Of a stretch of DNA of 64,000 nt, positions 28,200 to 36,930 are shown piece by piece. Positions within the stretch are counted from its first letter, which is position 1. Each line of letters opens with the position of its first letter. The notes under the pieces were generated by a model. That model saw nothing but the letters and a program-made list of their open reading frames with translations. It was not told where the DNA came from and searched no databases. The DNA is from a virus (lineage: Duplodnaviria; Caudoviricetes). The stretch lies in IMG/VR virus record IMGVR_UViG_3300017914_002346. One strand, written 5' to 3'. A program made the position numbers and the translations under genes.

Positions 28200-28331
28200 A
28201 AAAAAGATGGAGAGCTTACCATGGCTCTCCACGTGTCTATTAAGCGACAAACCTTAAATGTAGCAGAGCCGGTGTATACTTTCCGGGTGCAATCCTCCAA
28301 GTTTTAGCATAGCTAGGCACAGAGGGTTAGC
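28200..28331 (-). ncRNA. Candidate structured RNA / attenuator upstream of porin
   Basis: GC-richer intergenic stretch with several stems, ending in TGGAGAGC-loop-GCTCTCCA plus a T-run. Confidence 0.45.
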
Positions 28332-28532
28332 CTATTCTTTAACAAGTTTAAAACAGACATATTCATTACCAATTGGCGTATCAATAGTAATATGTTCTGT
28401 ATTAGGAAGAGGGGCTCTACATTTTTTAAGCTCTATCCACTGATAACCTTCTGCAATTTGTTGATTTTTAGTTTTCAAGAAATCAGCCTCACTCCACGCA
28501 AACATAGCTAAAAAAATAATTAAGCCTTCCAT
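28332..28532 (-). CDS. Small hypothetical exported protein
   Basis: Hydrophobic N-terminus, two Cys, AGGAG SD. Confidence 0.6.
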   Translation of the reverse strand: MEGLIIFLAMFAWSEADFLKTKNQQIAEGYQWIELKKCRAPLPNTEHITIDTPIGNEYVCFKLVKE

Positions 28533-28602
28533 AATCTTCTCCTGGGCACCACTCGTTTAATTATTTATAAAGAGAAACGAGACTCTTTTCTAAGGTATTT
28601 AT

Positions 28603-28676
28603 TGGCAGGGGCACAAAGAATTGAACTCTGTCTTACTGGGTTGGAGCCAGCCGTGCTACCGTAACACTTTACCCCT
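28603..28676 (-). tRNA. tRNA-Trp (CCA)
   Basis: AGGGGTA...CTCCAAC anticodon loop...GTTCAATT...TGCCCCTGCCA. Confidence 0.93.
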
Positions 28677-28681
28677 AAATT

Positions 28682-28768
28682 TGGTGGGCACACCCGGACT
28701 TGAACCGGGAAGACTGTATCGTCGACAGATTTTAAGTCTGTTGTGTTTACCAATTTCACCATGCGCCC
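28682..28768 (-). tRNA. tRNA-Leu (TAA)
   Basis: GGGCGCA...CTTAAAA loop, long variable arm, GTTCAAGT, CCA end. Confidence 0.95.
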
Positions 28769-28769
28769 T

Positions 28770-28846
28770 TGGTGATTCCGGGAGGATTCGAACCCCCGAC
28801 CTACTGATTAGAAGTCAGTTGCTCTATCCAGCTGAGCTACGGAACC
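28770..28846 (-). tRNA. tRNA-Arg (TCT)
   Basis: GGTTCCGTAGCTCAGCTGGATAGAGC...CTTCTAA...GTTCGAATC...CCA. Confidence 0.95.
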
Positions 28847-28974
28847 TATCTTTCCTATCACGTTCGTTCTTTTTACGTAAAGCTTCTTGACGATTCTTTT
28901 CTCGTACTTTAGGATCAAGATGATCATATCCTTTGATACCCCAATCTCGAGCCCATTCAGCAATCATATTAATA

Positions 28975-29211
28975 TTATGTTTCCGCATCTCTGCCAACTC
29001 CTAATCTATTATACATATACTCTACATCACTTTTAGCACTCTTAAGAGTGTCTCTAGTAAAGACTGGTCTACCTGTTACATTAGCTTCATATACTTTCCC
29101 CAAAGGTTTAACATAACCAATCTTTACTTGCTGAACAGTATCTACTAGAGTGTGTTCAATAAACCCTAGTTCGTTTCTGTTTCTGCTCCATCTCACCCAT
29201 TCATCCATCAC
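28975..29211 (-). CDS. Hypothetical protein
   Basis: ORF coupled to upstream gene. Confidence 0.6.
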   Translation of the reverse strand: MMDEWVRWSRNRNELGFIEHTLVDTVQQVKIGYVKPLGKVYEANVTGRPVFTRDTLKSAKSDVEYMYNRLGVGRDAET

Positions 29212-29417
29212 AAACCTAGCACTTTCTCTACTTCTTTTTCCGTAGTAGGAAGACCCTTACCTGATCGAAGCCAATCTTCGACCTGCTCAAAGTAAAACCC
29301 AGCATCTTCATTACCGTTATTATACAAGCTTTGCTTAGCTATTTTAAAAAAAGTTACTGTAGCCATACCGTCAATAGAGACAACCGCCGGCTTGCTCTTA
29401 GCTCTTCGCTGATACAT
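29208..29417 (-). CDS. Hypothetical protein
   Basis: ORF downstream of a TATAAT box. Confidence 0.65.
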   Translation of the reverse strand: MYQRRAKSKPAVVSIDGMATVTFFKIAKQSLYNNGNEDAGFYFEQVEDWLRSGKGLPTTEKEVEKVLGL

Positions 29418-29456
29418 AATTACACCCTAATTGTTATTAATACTTATATTATAGAA

Positions 29457-29885
29457 TTATTTTCTGAGATTTTCAATAGCTTCTTTATTTTTAGCTATCT
29501 TTTCATCTTGAGCTTTATCAATCATTTCTTGTATTCTTCTACCTTTTTCTTCATCTGTGTCAAGATGAAGGTCTTTATTGATAATCTTTTCTAACCTTTG
29601 TCTTGGAAGCTGATCGTTTGGAATAAATCGCCAGACATAACCTCTATCACTGTACACACCAAACACGGTTTCTCTTAATCCAAACTTAACTATGATAGCA
29701 TCTTTACCGTCTAGTATAACATGATCACCTTCACAAAAAGCAGAGTTGTTTCTATACTTTAACCCAATCATAAGATTAGTTGCAAAGTCCTTGAACCAGA
29801 ACGCTGCACTAATAGAAATTAGTATAGCAATCCATGGTGCAAGGAGATCTGTTAGTTCCATTCCAAGTTGGTCAAATACTTCCAT
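29457..29885 (-). CDS. Minimal MscS-domain membrane protein
   Basis: TM helix then KDFATNLMIGL...F.EGD.V.LDG....I...GLRET...IPN. Confidence 0.7.
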   Translation of the reverse strand: MEVFDQLGMELTDLLAPWIAILISISAAFWFKDFATNLMIGLKYRNNSAFCEGDHVILDGKDAIIVKFGLRETVFGVYSDRGYVWRFIPNDQLPRQRLEKIINKDLHLDTDEEKGRRIQEMIDKAQDEKIAKNKEAIENLRK

Positions 29886-29895
29886 ACACTATTTA

Positions 29896-30843
29896 TTAGG
29901 CTGCTTCTGCGTACTCCACAGCCTTCTTTACCGCGTCAATCTTCTTAGTACGAGTTGCACCATACCAGATAGAATTTAGACGAGTATCACCAGGACGACC
30001 TAATTGGTGATCAGTTACATATGTAACCGCGTTAAGAGCGGACCACCAAGAGCCTCTAGCAAACTCTGCACCAGGTTGAGTTTCTAATACATCGTAAGCC
30101 ATTTGAGCTGAACGAACTAGTTTATCGTCTTTAAGAGACTTACCAAATACATCAGATAAGAACTTCTTAAACTGCTCATCTGTTACCTGCTTAGAACCTA
30201 AAAACTTAGCTGTCTCTTTATATTCATCCATATGAGTTGAAGCAAGACCAAGAACTTCTTTAACTCCTTCAGGTTCAAACTCTTTGCGATGATTAAGTTT
30301 AACTGCATTCTGAGCAGCCTGGCCAAGCGATAGAGTCAACGTATTATTACATACAACTCTTACGGGAGTGAAACGAATATCTACCGCTTGACCAAACTTA
30401 TGAGGATTAGAGAACAATAGATAACCTTCTACTTTATCTCCGCTAAACAATTCAAAGTCAGATGCAATCTTTGCTAAAGCCCATACTCTTTTACCATCAA
30501 ATAAAGAACCTGCAGTATGCATAGTCATTTGACCTTTCTTACAAAACGAATCAAAAAACTTAAATGCTTCTTCATTTTGTACAGGGTTCCAGTCAACACC
30601 TACAATATCTAGCAATTTATTATCTGTGCTACGTATTAGAGCTTGTTTATTAGGTACTTTGATCTCATCATAGTCACCATAATACATATTAACTTTCTTA
30701 ACTGACCAATCAAGACCTGCAGCTAGCATCATTTCTTTCGGAGTCACACCCTCCTCAAGTTTAACACCTAGCCCGTGCCAAGGAGTTTCACCTACATAGG
30801 CCATTTGAGCTTGACCGTCAACAATTTCTAATTCATGTGCCAT
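29896..30843 (-). CDS. DUF932 / TIGR03299-type phage protein
   Basis: MAYVGETPWHGLG...AGLDW...PVQNEEAF...TAGSL..G...FTPVRVVCNNTL. Confidence 0.9.
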   Translation of the reverse strand: MAHELEIVDGQAQMAYVGETPWHGLGVKLEEGVTPKEMMLAAGLDWSVKKVNMYYGDYDEIKVPNKQALIRSTDNKLLDIVGVDWNPVQNEEAFKFFDSFCKKGQMTMHTAGSLFDGKRVWALAKIASDFELFSGDKVEGYLLFSNPHKFGQAVDIRFTPVRVVCNNTLTLSLGQAAQNAVKLNHRKEFEPEGVKEVLGLASTHMDEYKETAKFLGSKQVTDEQFKKFLSDVFGKSLKDDKLVRSAQMAYDVLETQPGAEFARGSWWSALNAVTYVTDHQLGRPGDTRLNSIWYGATRTKKIDAVKKAVEYAEAA

Positions 30844-30900
30844 TTTCTTCTCCAATTTTATTACATATACATTATAACAACAAGTTTTTAAAAGTTCTAA

Positions 30901-31140
30901 TTAAACTAACTTTTTTTCGTACTCTAAGTAGATTATAATATCTTTTACTTCTTCTTGTGTTGGAATTTTATATGGACCTACAGCACTATCAAGTTCCATA
31001 TAAGTATTACCAAACCTGTCCTGCAGAAAATGCCAAAACTTGACAGTTCTATCATCGGGATCAACATCTGTATCTCTGTAATAATTCCATGTACCTATTT
31101 CAAAGATAAGATCTCCGGTAGGTTCAAAATTAGACCACAT
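30901..31140 (-). CDS. Hypothetical early protein
   Basis: Likely start MWSNFEP with GGAG SD. Confidence 0.55.
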   Translation of the reverse strand: MWSNFEPTGDLIFEIGTWNYYRDTDVDPDDRTVKFWHFLQDRFGNTYMELDSAVGPYKIPTQEEVKDIIIYLEYEKKLV

Positions 31141-31342
31141 AATCACTCCAATACTCATTCCAAAGCTCTGTAGTAAGCTCTGCTTTTTCTCTCCAGTCCA
31201 TATGAGCAATTAAATTCATAGCTCCATTATTAACTAAATCAAGCATTAGTTCTTCTACAGATTCTTGACCACAAATAGTCTCTGATACCTTATCAATAAA
31301 CTCTTCTTCCATATCCATGGCTAATGATTTCATCTTTCCCAT
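31130..31342 (-). CDS. Hypothetical early protein
   Basis: MGKMKSLAMDMEE. Confidence 0.65.
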   Translation of the reverse strand: MGKMKSLAMDMEEEFIDKVSETICGQESVEELMLDLVNNGAMNLIAHMDWREKAELTTELWNEYWSDYVV

Positions 31343-31653
31343 TACGCTACCTCATCTGCTTTTATTAAAATACCCATCTGAGCACAAAAGTCAATTAACT
31401 GCTCATTAGTTAGTTTAGAGAAGTCTAATGAACGAGCGTAAGACTTACTCATTGCATCAGCTGCCATGTAATAAGCTGACTCTTCTAGCTCAATACGCTC
31501 ATACTCAGCCATAGTACCTGAAGGAACCCGATCAGACCAATACTCAGTATCAGTATGACAAGGAAGCATTCCCATCCAGTTGCCTGGAATCTTAGAAAAC
31601 TCTTCAGCTTCTTTACGCTGCGCTACAATATAGTCTACAAGTGCTTTTTCCAT
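31342..31653 (-). CDS. Hypothetical early protein
   Basis: Likely start MEKALV with GGAG SD. Confidence 0.65.
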   Translation of the reverse strand: MEKALVDYIVAQRKEAEEFSKIPGNWMGMLPCHTDTEYWSDRVPSGTMAEYERIELEESAYYMAADAMSKSYARSLDFSKLTNEQLIDFCAQMGILIKADEVA

Positions 31654-31655
31654 AA

Positions 31656-31925
31656 TTAAGCTCCAAATGAAGTTGAAAGACAAACTGGGTTATCAATACC
31701 TAACTGCTTACCGTTAACAGTAGTAGGACACTCACACCATTCCATGGCACGCTCAAGGTTACCAAAAACCTCTTCATAAGATTCGAAAGTACCATCTTCT
31801 AACTGCTTCTCAACGATAGCAACATAATCACCAAGCATATCTACCTGAACAGAAATATCGTGACCAGATACACAGTTAGTAGCCTGAAAAAAACCTTCTT
31901 CAACTTTTGCAAATTCGATAATCAT
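31656..31925 (-). CDS. Hypothetical early protein
   Basis: Likely start MIIEF with AGGAG SD, first gene after a sigma70 promoter. Confidence 0.6.
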   Translation of the reverse strand: MIIEFAKVEEGFFQATNCVSGHDISVQVDMLGDYVAIVEKQLEDGTFESYEEVFGNLERAMEWCECPTTVNGKQLGIDNPVCLSTSFGA

Positions 31926-31956
31926 GTCTAAATCTCCTAAATTCTTATTATACCTT

Positions 31957-31985
31957 ATTATAACTACTTCTATAGTAAAGATCAA
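31957..31985 (-). promoter_or_regulatory. Sigma70-type early promoter
   Basis: TTGATC-N17-TATAAT with A/T-tract-rich upstream region. Confidence 0.75.
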
Positions 31986-32106
31986 CTAAAAAAGGGCTAC
32001 TAAAACCCAATAAAAACAAAAGGTTAGGATTTTTTTTCCTAACCTATTGAAAACATTGATAATAAAAATGAACTTTTTTTAACTTTTTTTCTCAATAATT
32101 ACAACA

Positions 32107-32310
32107 CTATACAAACTTTATATCTTTTTTCTGCAAATTGTGTGGATTAATATGAGGTAAATCTCTTTTTGCTTCTTCTACTGTAAGATATGGACCAACA
32201 GACCCTAAGATTTTTTGTGAACCATCAACATTAGTTCTTACACACAATACTTCATATGCTTCTTCAATAGAGAATATTCGTACTATAGGATAACTAAGTT
32301 CATACGACAT
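32107..32310 (-). CDS. Hypothetical protein
   Basis: ORF at end of glycan operon. Confidence 0.5.
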   Translation of the reverse strand: MSYELSYPIVRIFSIEEAYEVLCVRTNVDGSQKILGSVGPYLTVEEAKRDLPHINPHNLQKKDIKFV

Positions 32311-32977
32311 TTATCACAACATTGAACACCTGTCTATGCATATGTTCTGGGCAGTTAATCTGAGTTACGCTATGCCATCCGACAGGGTCATTTTTAAATA
32401 ATAATGAATAGTTACCAGTAACAGGATAGGTAGTAAAACTTTCAAAATCTTCTGCTTCTGGATTCATTTTTTCAACTAGTTTATTCTTATAGAAGCAGGT
32501 TGTTCCTCCATATTCTTCCTTCCAGCCTTCTGGCATAAAATAGAATAAATGAGACCCGTGTTTACCTGCACTATCTACATGAGGAGACACATCTAAACCG
32601 TATTGTGTTCTATGAAAATCTAATCTCATAGAAAATTTTTTAATTTTAAGAGTGTCTTTAATCCAATCGCTATATTGTTTACCTCTAAGTATTTCTTCAG
32701 CAAAAGTTCTCCATGTTCCTTCTAATGCTGATAAAGGTCTGTTATATTTGTCAAAATAACTAGGTTGTTTAACATCACTTATGACCATCATTCTTCTACA
32801 ATGAGGTCTTTGATTAAGTTTTCTTTGTTCAGGAAACTCATCATCGAATAAATCATTACTAGGAAAATTATCTCTGAGATAGCTAAATGTAGTATCATCT
32901 AAAAAACCTGAAATATGCTCATGAGGTGCCATTCCAGGTTTATTGTAAAACTCATTCAATGTACTTGTATTAAGCAT
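32300..32977 (-). CDS. 2OG-Fe(II) oxygenase
   Basis: SPHVDS..K..SHLFYF...GGTT...WHSV...R. Confidence 0.8.
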   Translation of the reverse strand: MLNTSTLNEFYNKPGMAPHEHISGFLDDTTFSYLRDNFPSNDLFDDEFPEQRKLNQRPHCRRMMVISDVKQPSYFDKYNRPLSALEGTWRTFAEEILRGKQYSDWIKDTLKIKKFSMRLDFHRTQYGLDVSPHVDSAGKHGSHLFYFMPEGWKEEYGGTTCFYKNKLVEKMNPEAEDFESFTTYPVTGNYSLLFKNDPVGWHSVTQINCPEHMHRQVFNVVINVV

Positions 32978-33671
32978 AGTGTTGTTTTACCCAATCCACT
33001 TCATTTATCACTTCTTCGGGGTTTGGGTTCCCGTGGAAAACACACACTCTGCCACCTTCGGGAATCCATCTACCAAACATTTGAGAACGATCTCCGGCGT
33101 GGGCGCCTCTTTTAACTCCTTTTTTATAACTCCACAACCATTCATCAGGAAAAGGGTTGTGAAAATCAGGGTAACTATTGAGATAGTGCGAAATAACGTT
33201 CTGGTCTCCAAAGAAATGTACTTGTTTAGTATAACTGTGCCATAGTTTCCTGTTATTTATATAGTGTGTGTAAATGCCAGCACTTTGTACATTATTAAAT
33301 CTTAGAACAGAGGAATTATATTCTTTTCCAGGGAGAATACCATTGTCAGGCCGGATAAAATCTCTAATAGCAGAAAAGGATGGCCAGTCAAAAAGCTCAT
33401 CAATATTATCAACAATAACAACATCAAGATCAAAATATAAATATTCACCATCTGGTAATACTCCCGGTTTAAACATTTGAAGTTTATTCCACCAACCCAC
33501 TTCATCTGTATTTAATTCGACAGTTTTATAGTTAGGATATCTATCTACTTGATCTGTTAAGACATAGAAGTCAAAGTTGCGATTAGTATTACGACGGACC
33601 ATATTGTAAAGTCTATGAGTGTAATCGGGTCCATATTTAGTTCCCCAGTTTACGCATACAACGTTAACCAT
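32970..33671 (-). CDS. GT-A glycosyltransferase
   Basis: VCVNWGTKY, WWNKL, YFDLDVVI, NSSV, GDQ, VFHGNP.P. Confidence 0.85.
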   Translation of the reverse strand: MVNVVCVNWGTKYGPDYTHRLYNMVRRNTNRNFDFYVLTDQVDRYPNYKTVELNTDEVGWWNKLQMFKPGVLPDGEYLYFDLDVVIVDNIDELFDWPSFSAIRDFIRPDNGILPGKEYNSSVLRFNNVQSAGIYTHYINNRKLWHSYTKQVHFFGDQNVISHYLNSYPDFHNPFPDEWLWSYKKGVKRGAHAGDRSQMFGRWIPEGGRVCVFHGNPNPEEVINEVDWVKQHYA

Positions 33672-34026
33672 CTTTTTTCATTTGCTCTCTAATCTTAGTA
33701 GCTGAAATTGATGTAAACTCTTCTCCAAGTTCTTCTTTTTCAATCTTATAACCAACATCTCTACCATAAGTAATATGTACAATGTTAGGTACAGATAAGA
33801 TAGTGTAATCTTTAAGAGTTTCGAACCCTGCTTCTGTTAACTTTTCAGCTATCTGCATAACTCTTTCATCTACATCATAAGGATTATTTTCATCAATTTC
33901 AGTAGTACGCAGCATAATAGCTACTTGACCAGTTTTTGAATGTGCCCGTCTAAAAAGTTCTGTATGCCCTTCATGCCAGGGTTGAAATCTTCCAAGCATC
34001 TGTGTAGTTGGTTTTGTCCAATCCAT
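33664..34026 (-). CDS. HxGH nucleotidyltransferase (cytidylyltransferase-like)
   Basis: MLGRFQPWHEGH...YGRDVGY...ISATKIR. Confidence 0.85.
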   Translation of the reverse strand: MDWTKPTTQMLGRFQPWHEGHTELFRRAHSKTGQVAIMLRTTEIDENNPYDVDERVMQIAEKLTEAGFETLKDYTILSVPNIVHITYGRDVGYKIEKEELGEEFTSISATKIREQMKKDG

Positions 34027-34364
34027 TTTTCTATCCTTAAATCATATTTCATTGGAGGTTCAAATAATTTGTTAGTATCTTCGTATCTACCTTCGTTAAT
34101 AGTATCCATCCAAATAGTAAAGTTGGGGTTAGCTATTTTTCTTAGATATTCTGTAGGAGAAACAAAGTCTAATATACCCCAATAATTACTCATTCTTTGT
34201 GCTTGTCTTCTTCTTCCCGTAGGTGTAAAATCCCAATCATTGTAGAGCTCTCTTACAGTGTCTGCACAGTAATGAGGTATACAAAAGTGATATGCTAACT
34301 CTCTAGCTAACCAAGTTTTACCAGATCCGGGAAGCCCGCAAATAAGTATTTTTCTAAAAGCCAT
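33921..34364 (-). CDS. Adenylylsulfate-kinase-like P-loop kinase
   Basis: GLPGSGKT, AD.VR...NDWDF...GR.RQA.RM, DTNKLFEPP. Confidence 0.8.
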   Translation of the reverse strand: MAFRKILICGLPGSGKTWLARELAYHFCIPHYCADTVRELYNDWDFTPTGRRRQAQRMSNYWGILDFVSPTEYLRKIANPNFTIWMDTINEGRYEDTNKLFEPPMKYDLRIEKWIGQNQLHRCLEDFNPGMKGIQNFLDGHIQKLVK

Positions 34365-34368
34365 TGGC

Positions 34369-34719
34369 TCACCTATCATTATTAAAACCCACAGACTCTC
34401 TAACTATATCTTTTTCAGGAAACTCAGCCCAATACAATTCATAAGCAACTGCATCTTCTAAACACTCAAATTGGTGTTGTACACCAGGTTTTACTTTAGT
34501 GTATTCACCCGGACCTAAAACAGTTTCATCTACTAAATCATAATCGTTTTGCCATACACGAATAAGCAGTTTACCTGATTCTACAAAGAAACCATTCCAT
34601 TTAAACTCATGCAAGTGCTTTGAGCATACACCACCTGCTTTTGTTTCAATACGATGAAATTCTAATACACCGTTACGTTCTACTAATTCTGTAGTTCCCC
34701 ATACTTTACCTGCAATCAT
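34369..34719 (-). CDS. Cupin (sugar isomerase-like)
   Basis: GKVWG...CSKHLH..K.N.F.VESG...PG..HQF. Confidence 0.8.
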   Translation of the reverse strand: MIAGKVWGTTELVERNGVLEFHRIETKAGGVCSKHLHEFKWNGFFVESGKLLIRVWQNDYDLVDETVLGPGEYTKVKPGVQHQFECLEDAVAYELYWAEFPEKDIVRESVGFNNDR

Positions 34720-35498
34720 TTTACTACTCTTTCTATCTCTAAAAGTTTTTGTATGATACCTACCATATCTTCTAATTTGACCATGTTTGGTCCGTCTGAT
34801 GGTGCGTCATCAGGGCTTGGGTGTGTTTCCATAAAGAACGACTGTACTCCAACTGCAGCTGCTGCTCTCGCAAGTGTTGGAACGTACGATCTATTTCCTC
34901 CCGACGACGTTCCGTTTCCACCAGGTTTTTGTACACTGTGCGTTGCATCGAAAACAATATCAACATCAGTATAATTATCAAGCATGTACTGGATGCCAGT
35001 GAAATCATTAATAAGAGTGTTGTATCCAAAACTAGTTCCTCTTTCTGTTATCCATACTTCTTTAGCATTTTCTGTCTTAGTTAAAATACCTGCAACATCC
35101 CATGGAGCTAAAAACTGACCTTTTTTAACATTAATAATAAAGTCGGTGTCACAAGCACTTTTAATTAGATCAGTTTGTCTACATAAGAAAGCAGGAATCT
35201 GTAATACATCTAAAGCGTTTCTATAATCTACAGAAGCACTATTTACTTGCCATATTTCATGAACATCAGTTAACGTCTTAAGACCTGGTATAGCTTCTTT
35301 AATGGCTAAAAAGTCTTCTAGCGTTTCATGAAACCCTAAACCTCTTTTTCCAGATAAAGATGTTCTATTAGCTTTATCGAATGATGCTTTGAAATAATAT
35401 TCAAAGTTTAACACTCTACTTAACTCATGAAGATGTGAAGCAATTTCTAGAGACTGCTCATATGATTCATGTTGACATGGACCTGCAATAATTCTCAT
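34716..35498 (-). CDS. kdsA: KDO-8-phosphate synthase
   Basis: IAGPC, KASFDKANRTS, QIPAFLCRQT, KKGQF, ERGTSFGY, DATHSVQ. Confidence 0.96.
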   Translation of the reverse strand: MRIIAGPCQHESYEQSLEIASHLHELSRVLNFEYYFKASFDKANRTSLSGKRGLGFHETLEDFLAIKEAIPGLKTLTDVHEIWQVNSASVDYRNALDVLQIPAFLCRQTDLIKSACDTDFIINVKKGQFLAPWDVAGILTKTENAKEVWITERGTSFGYNTLINDFTGIQYMLDNYTDVDIVFDATHSVQKPGGNGTSSGGNRSYVPTLARAAAAVGVQSFFMETHPSPDDAPSDGPNMVKLEDMVGIIQKLLEIERVVK

Positions 35499-36250
35499 CT
35501 ACGTTCAATATCCAACTCTGTTAACTCATCACCAAACCAAGTTTCTATTACTTTAGCAGGTTCTTTACCTCTATTATAAGCTTTATGCCAAACTTGTTGC
35601 CCGATATCAAAACTTTGTGTCGGAATAATCATATCAGTTCTTTTTACGCCCATCCACTCTGTCTCAATAGTTACTTGACCTTGTACTACATGCCAATGTT
35701 CTGATCTATGACTATGTCTTTGATCAGATAAACTCTTATTAGGTAGAATAGTTAACTCTTTTACAGCCCAACCTTCGCCTTCATCTAGTACTCTATACCA
35801 ACCCCAAGGTCGTTCTGTTTTAGGTGCTTTCCAGTCTTCTAATATCCAAGAAGAGCTGTTCATTTTATTTTTACCACCCACACCAAACTTAAACTCTACA
35901 TCAAACTCAAAACTCATATCCATTTCAGGAATGTTTGATTTAGTTCTGTCTCCACCGTTCATAAAGATGAGTTGGCTATCTGGAAACATTGCTGCAGCTC
36001 TTTCAATAAGATCACTAGCAGAGTCATCTTCATCAGAAAAGTCTGTTGCGTAGTTTACATCATGTAGAGCTTTTAGAATGCGAACTCTTTCTTGAAAAGG
36101 CATGAAGAATCTACCTTTCTTTCTACATAACCAATCATCAGAGTTAACACCTACTAATAAAAAGTCACAAGCGTTTTTTGCAGCTTTAATGTAATTTATA
36201 TGCCCTGAATGTATAGGGTCAAAGCCTCCTGATATAATACCTATTTTCAT
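35495..36250 (-). CDS. Cytidylyltransferase-like domain fused to mannose-6-phosphate-isomerase-type cupin
   Basis: SGGFDPIHSGH, NGGDR, NSSS; then RPWGWY...SLSDQRH.HRSEHW. Confidence 0.88.
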   Translation of the reverse strand: MKIGIISGGFDPIHSGHINYIKAAKNACDFLLVGVNSDDWLCRKKGRFFMPFQERVRILKALHDVNYATDFSDEDDSASDLIERAAAMFPDSQLIFMNGGDRTKSNIPEMDMSFEFDVEFKFGVGGKNKMNSSSWILEDWKAPKTERPWGWYRVLDEGEGWAVKELTILPNKSLSDQRHSHRSEHWHVVQGQVTIETEWMGVKRTDMIIPTQSFDIGQQVWHKAYNRGKEPAKVIETWFGDELTELDIERR

Positions 36251-36930
36251 TATTCAATTCCAAACATTTCTTTAATTTCATTTTTCCATAGTTCACCATG
36301 AGGACAGTTATGGTATTCTTTAAACCAAGGACCACCATCTGTATAGTGAATAAGAACTGGGTTTTCTTGTTCTATGTCATAGTAACCTGCTAAGAAATTA
36401 AACTTAGGTGGCAGTTTACCTATTCTTTCATCATTAGCCCACATCATTCTATGTAGATACATAGGCGTCTCTGTATTGACTACTTCTGGTGTTAGTGATG
36501 TGCAGTTCTTATTATTAAACAACATTACAGAGGACCAGTTCTTTCTAGGGTAAATGTGCTGCTCTCTTCCATCCATCTTAACCATTGACTTGGGATCATA
36601 GTCATGCTGCACACAATAAACATCTTTACCATAATCAGCAAACTCTAACACAAACTCTAAATCACTAAGACAAACCATATCACAGTCCATAAAAAGAGAA
36701 TAGCCTTCATAGTTACTAAGATGAGGAACTAAAAATCTACTAATAGTAAATTCTGTAGAACCTTTTTTATCATTATCTCTAGTATATAACCCCTGTTCTC
36801 TCAGCTCATATAACTTAAGAGGATATACTTCAATATTAGGATTATGTTTAAGAATAGAGTGTTTTGCAACTTCATACGCAATATCTTCTCTACTATCCCA
36901 ACCTATAAAGACTTTTAGATTATCTGACAT
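36250..36930 (-). CDS. Glycosyltransferase (GT8-like)
   Basis: FIGWDSRE, STEFTISRFLVP, FMDCDM, YPRKNWSS, HYTDGGPW. Confidence 0.88.
   Translation of the reverse strand: MSDNLKVFIGWDSREDIAYEVAKHSILKHNPNIEVYPLKLYELREQGLYTRDNDKKGSTEFTISRFLVPHLSNYEGYSLFMDCDMVCLSDLEFVLEFADYGKDVYCVQHDYDPKSMVKMDGREQHIYPRKNWSSVMLFNNKNCTSLTPEVVNTETPMYLHRMMWANDERIGKLPPKFNFLAGYYDIEQENPVLIHYTDGGPWFKEYHNCPHGELWKNEIKEMFGIE

Noticed and set aside
28565-28890. ORFs 28565..28762 and 28621..28890
   Set aside because: Shadow ORFs over the three tRNA genes
34005-34040. Programmed -1 frameshift fusing the kinase and nucleotidyltransferase
   Set aside because: No canonical slippery heptamer, and the downstream ORF has its own AAGGA SD and ATG
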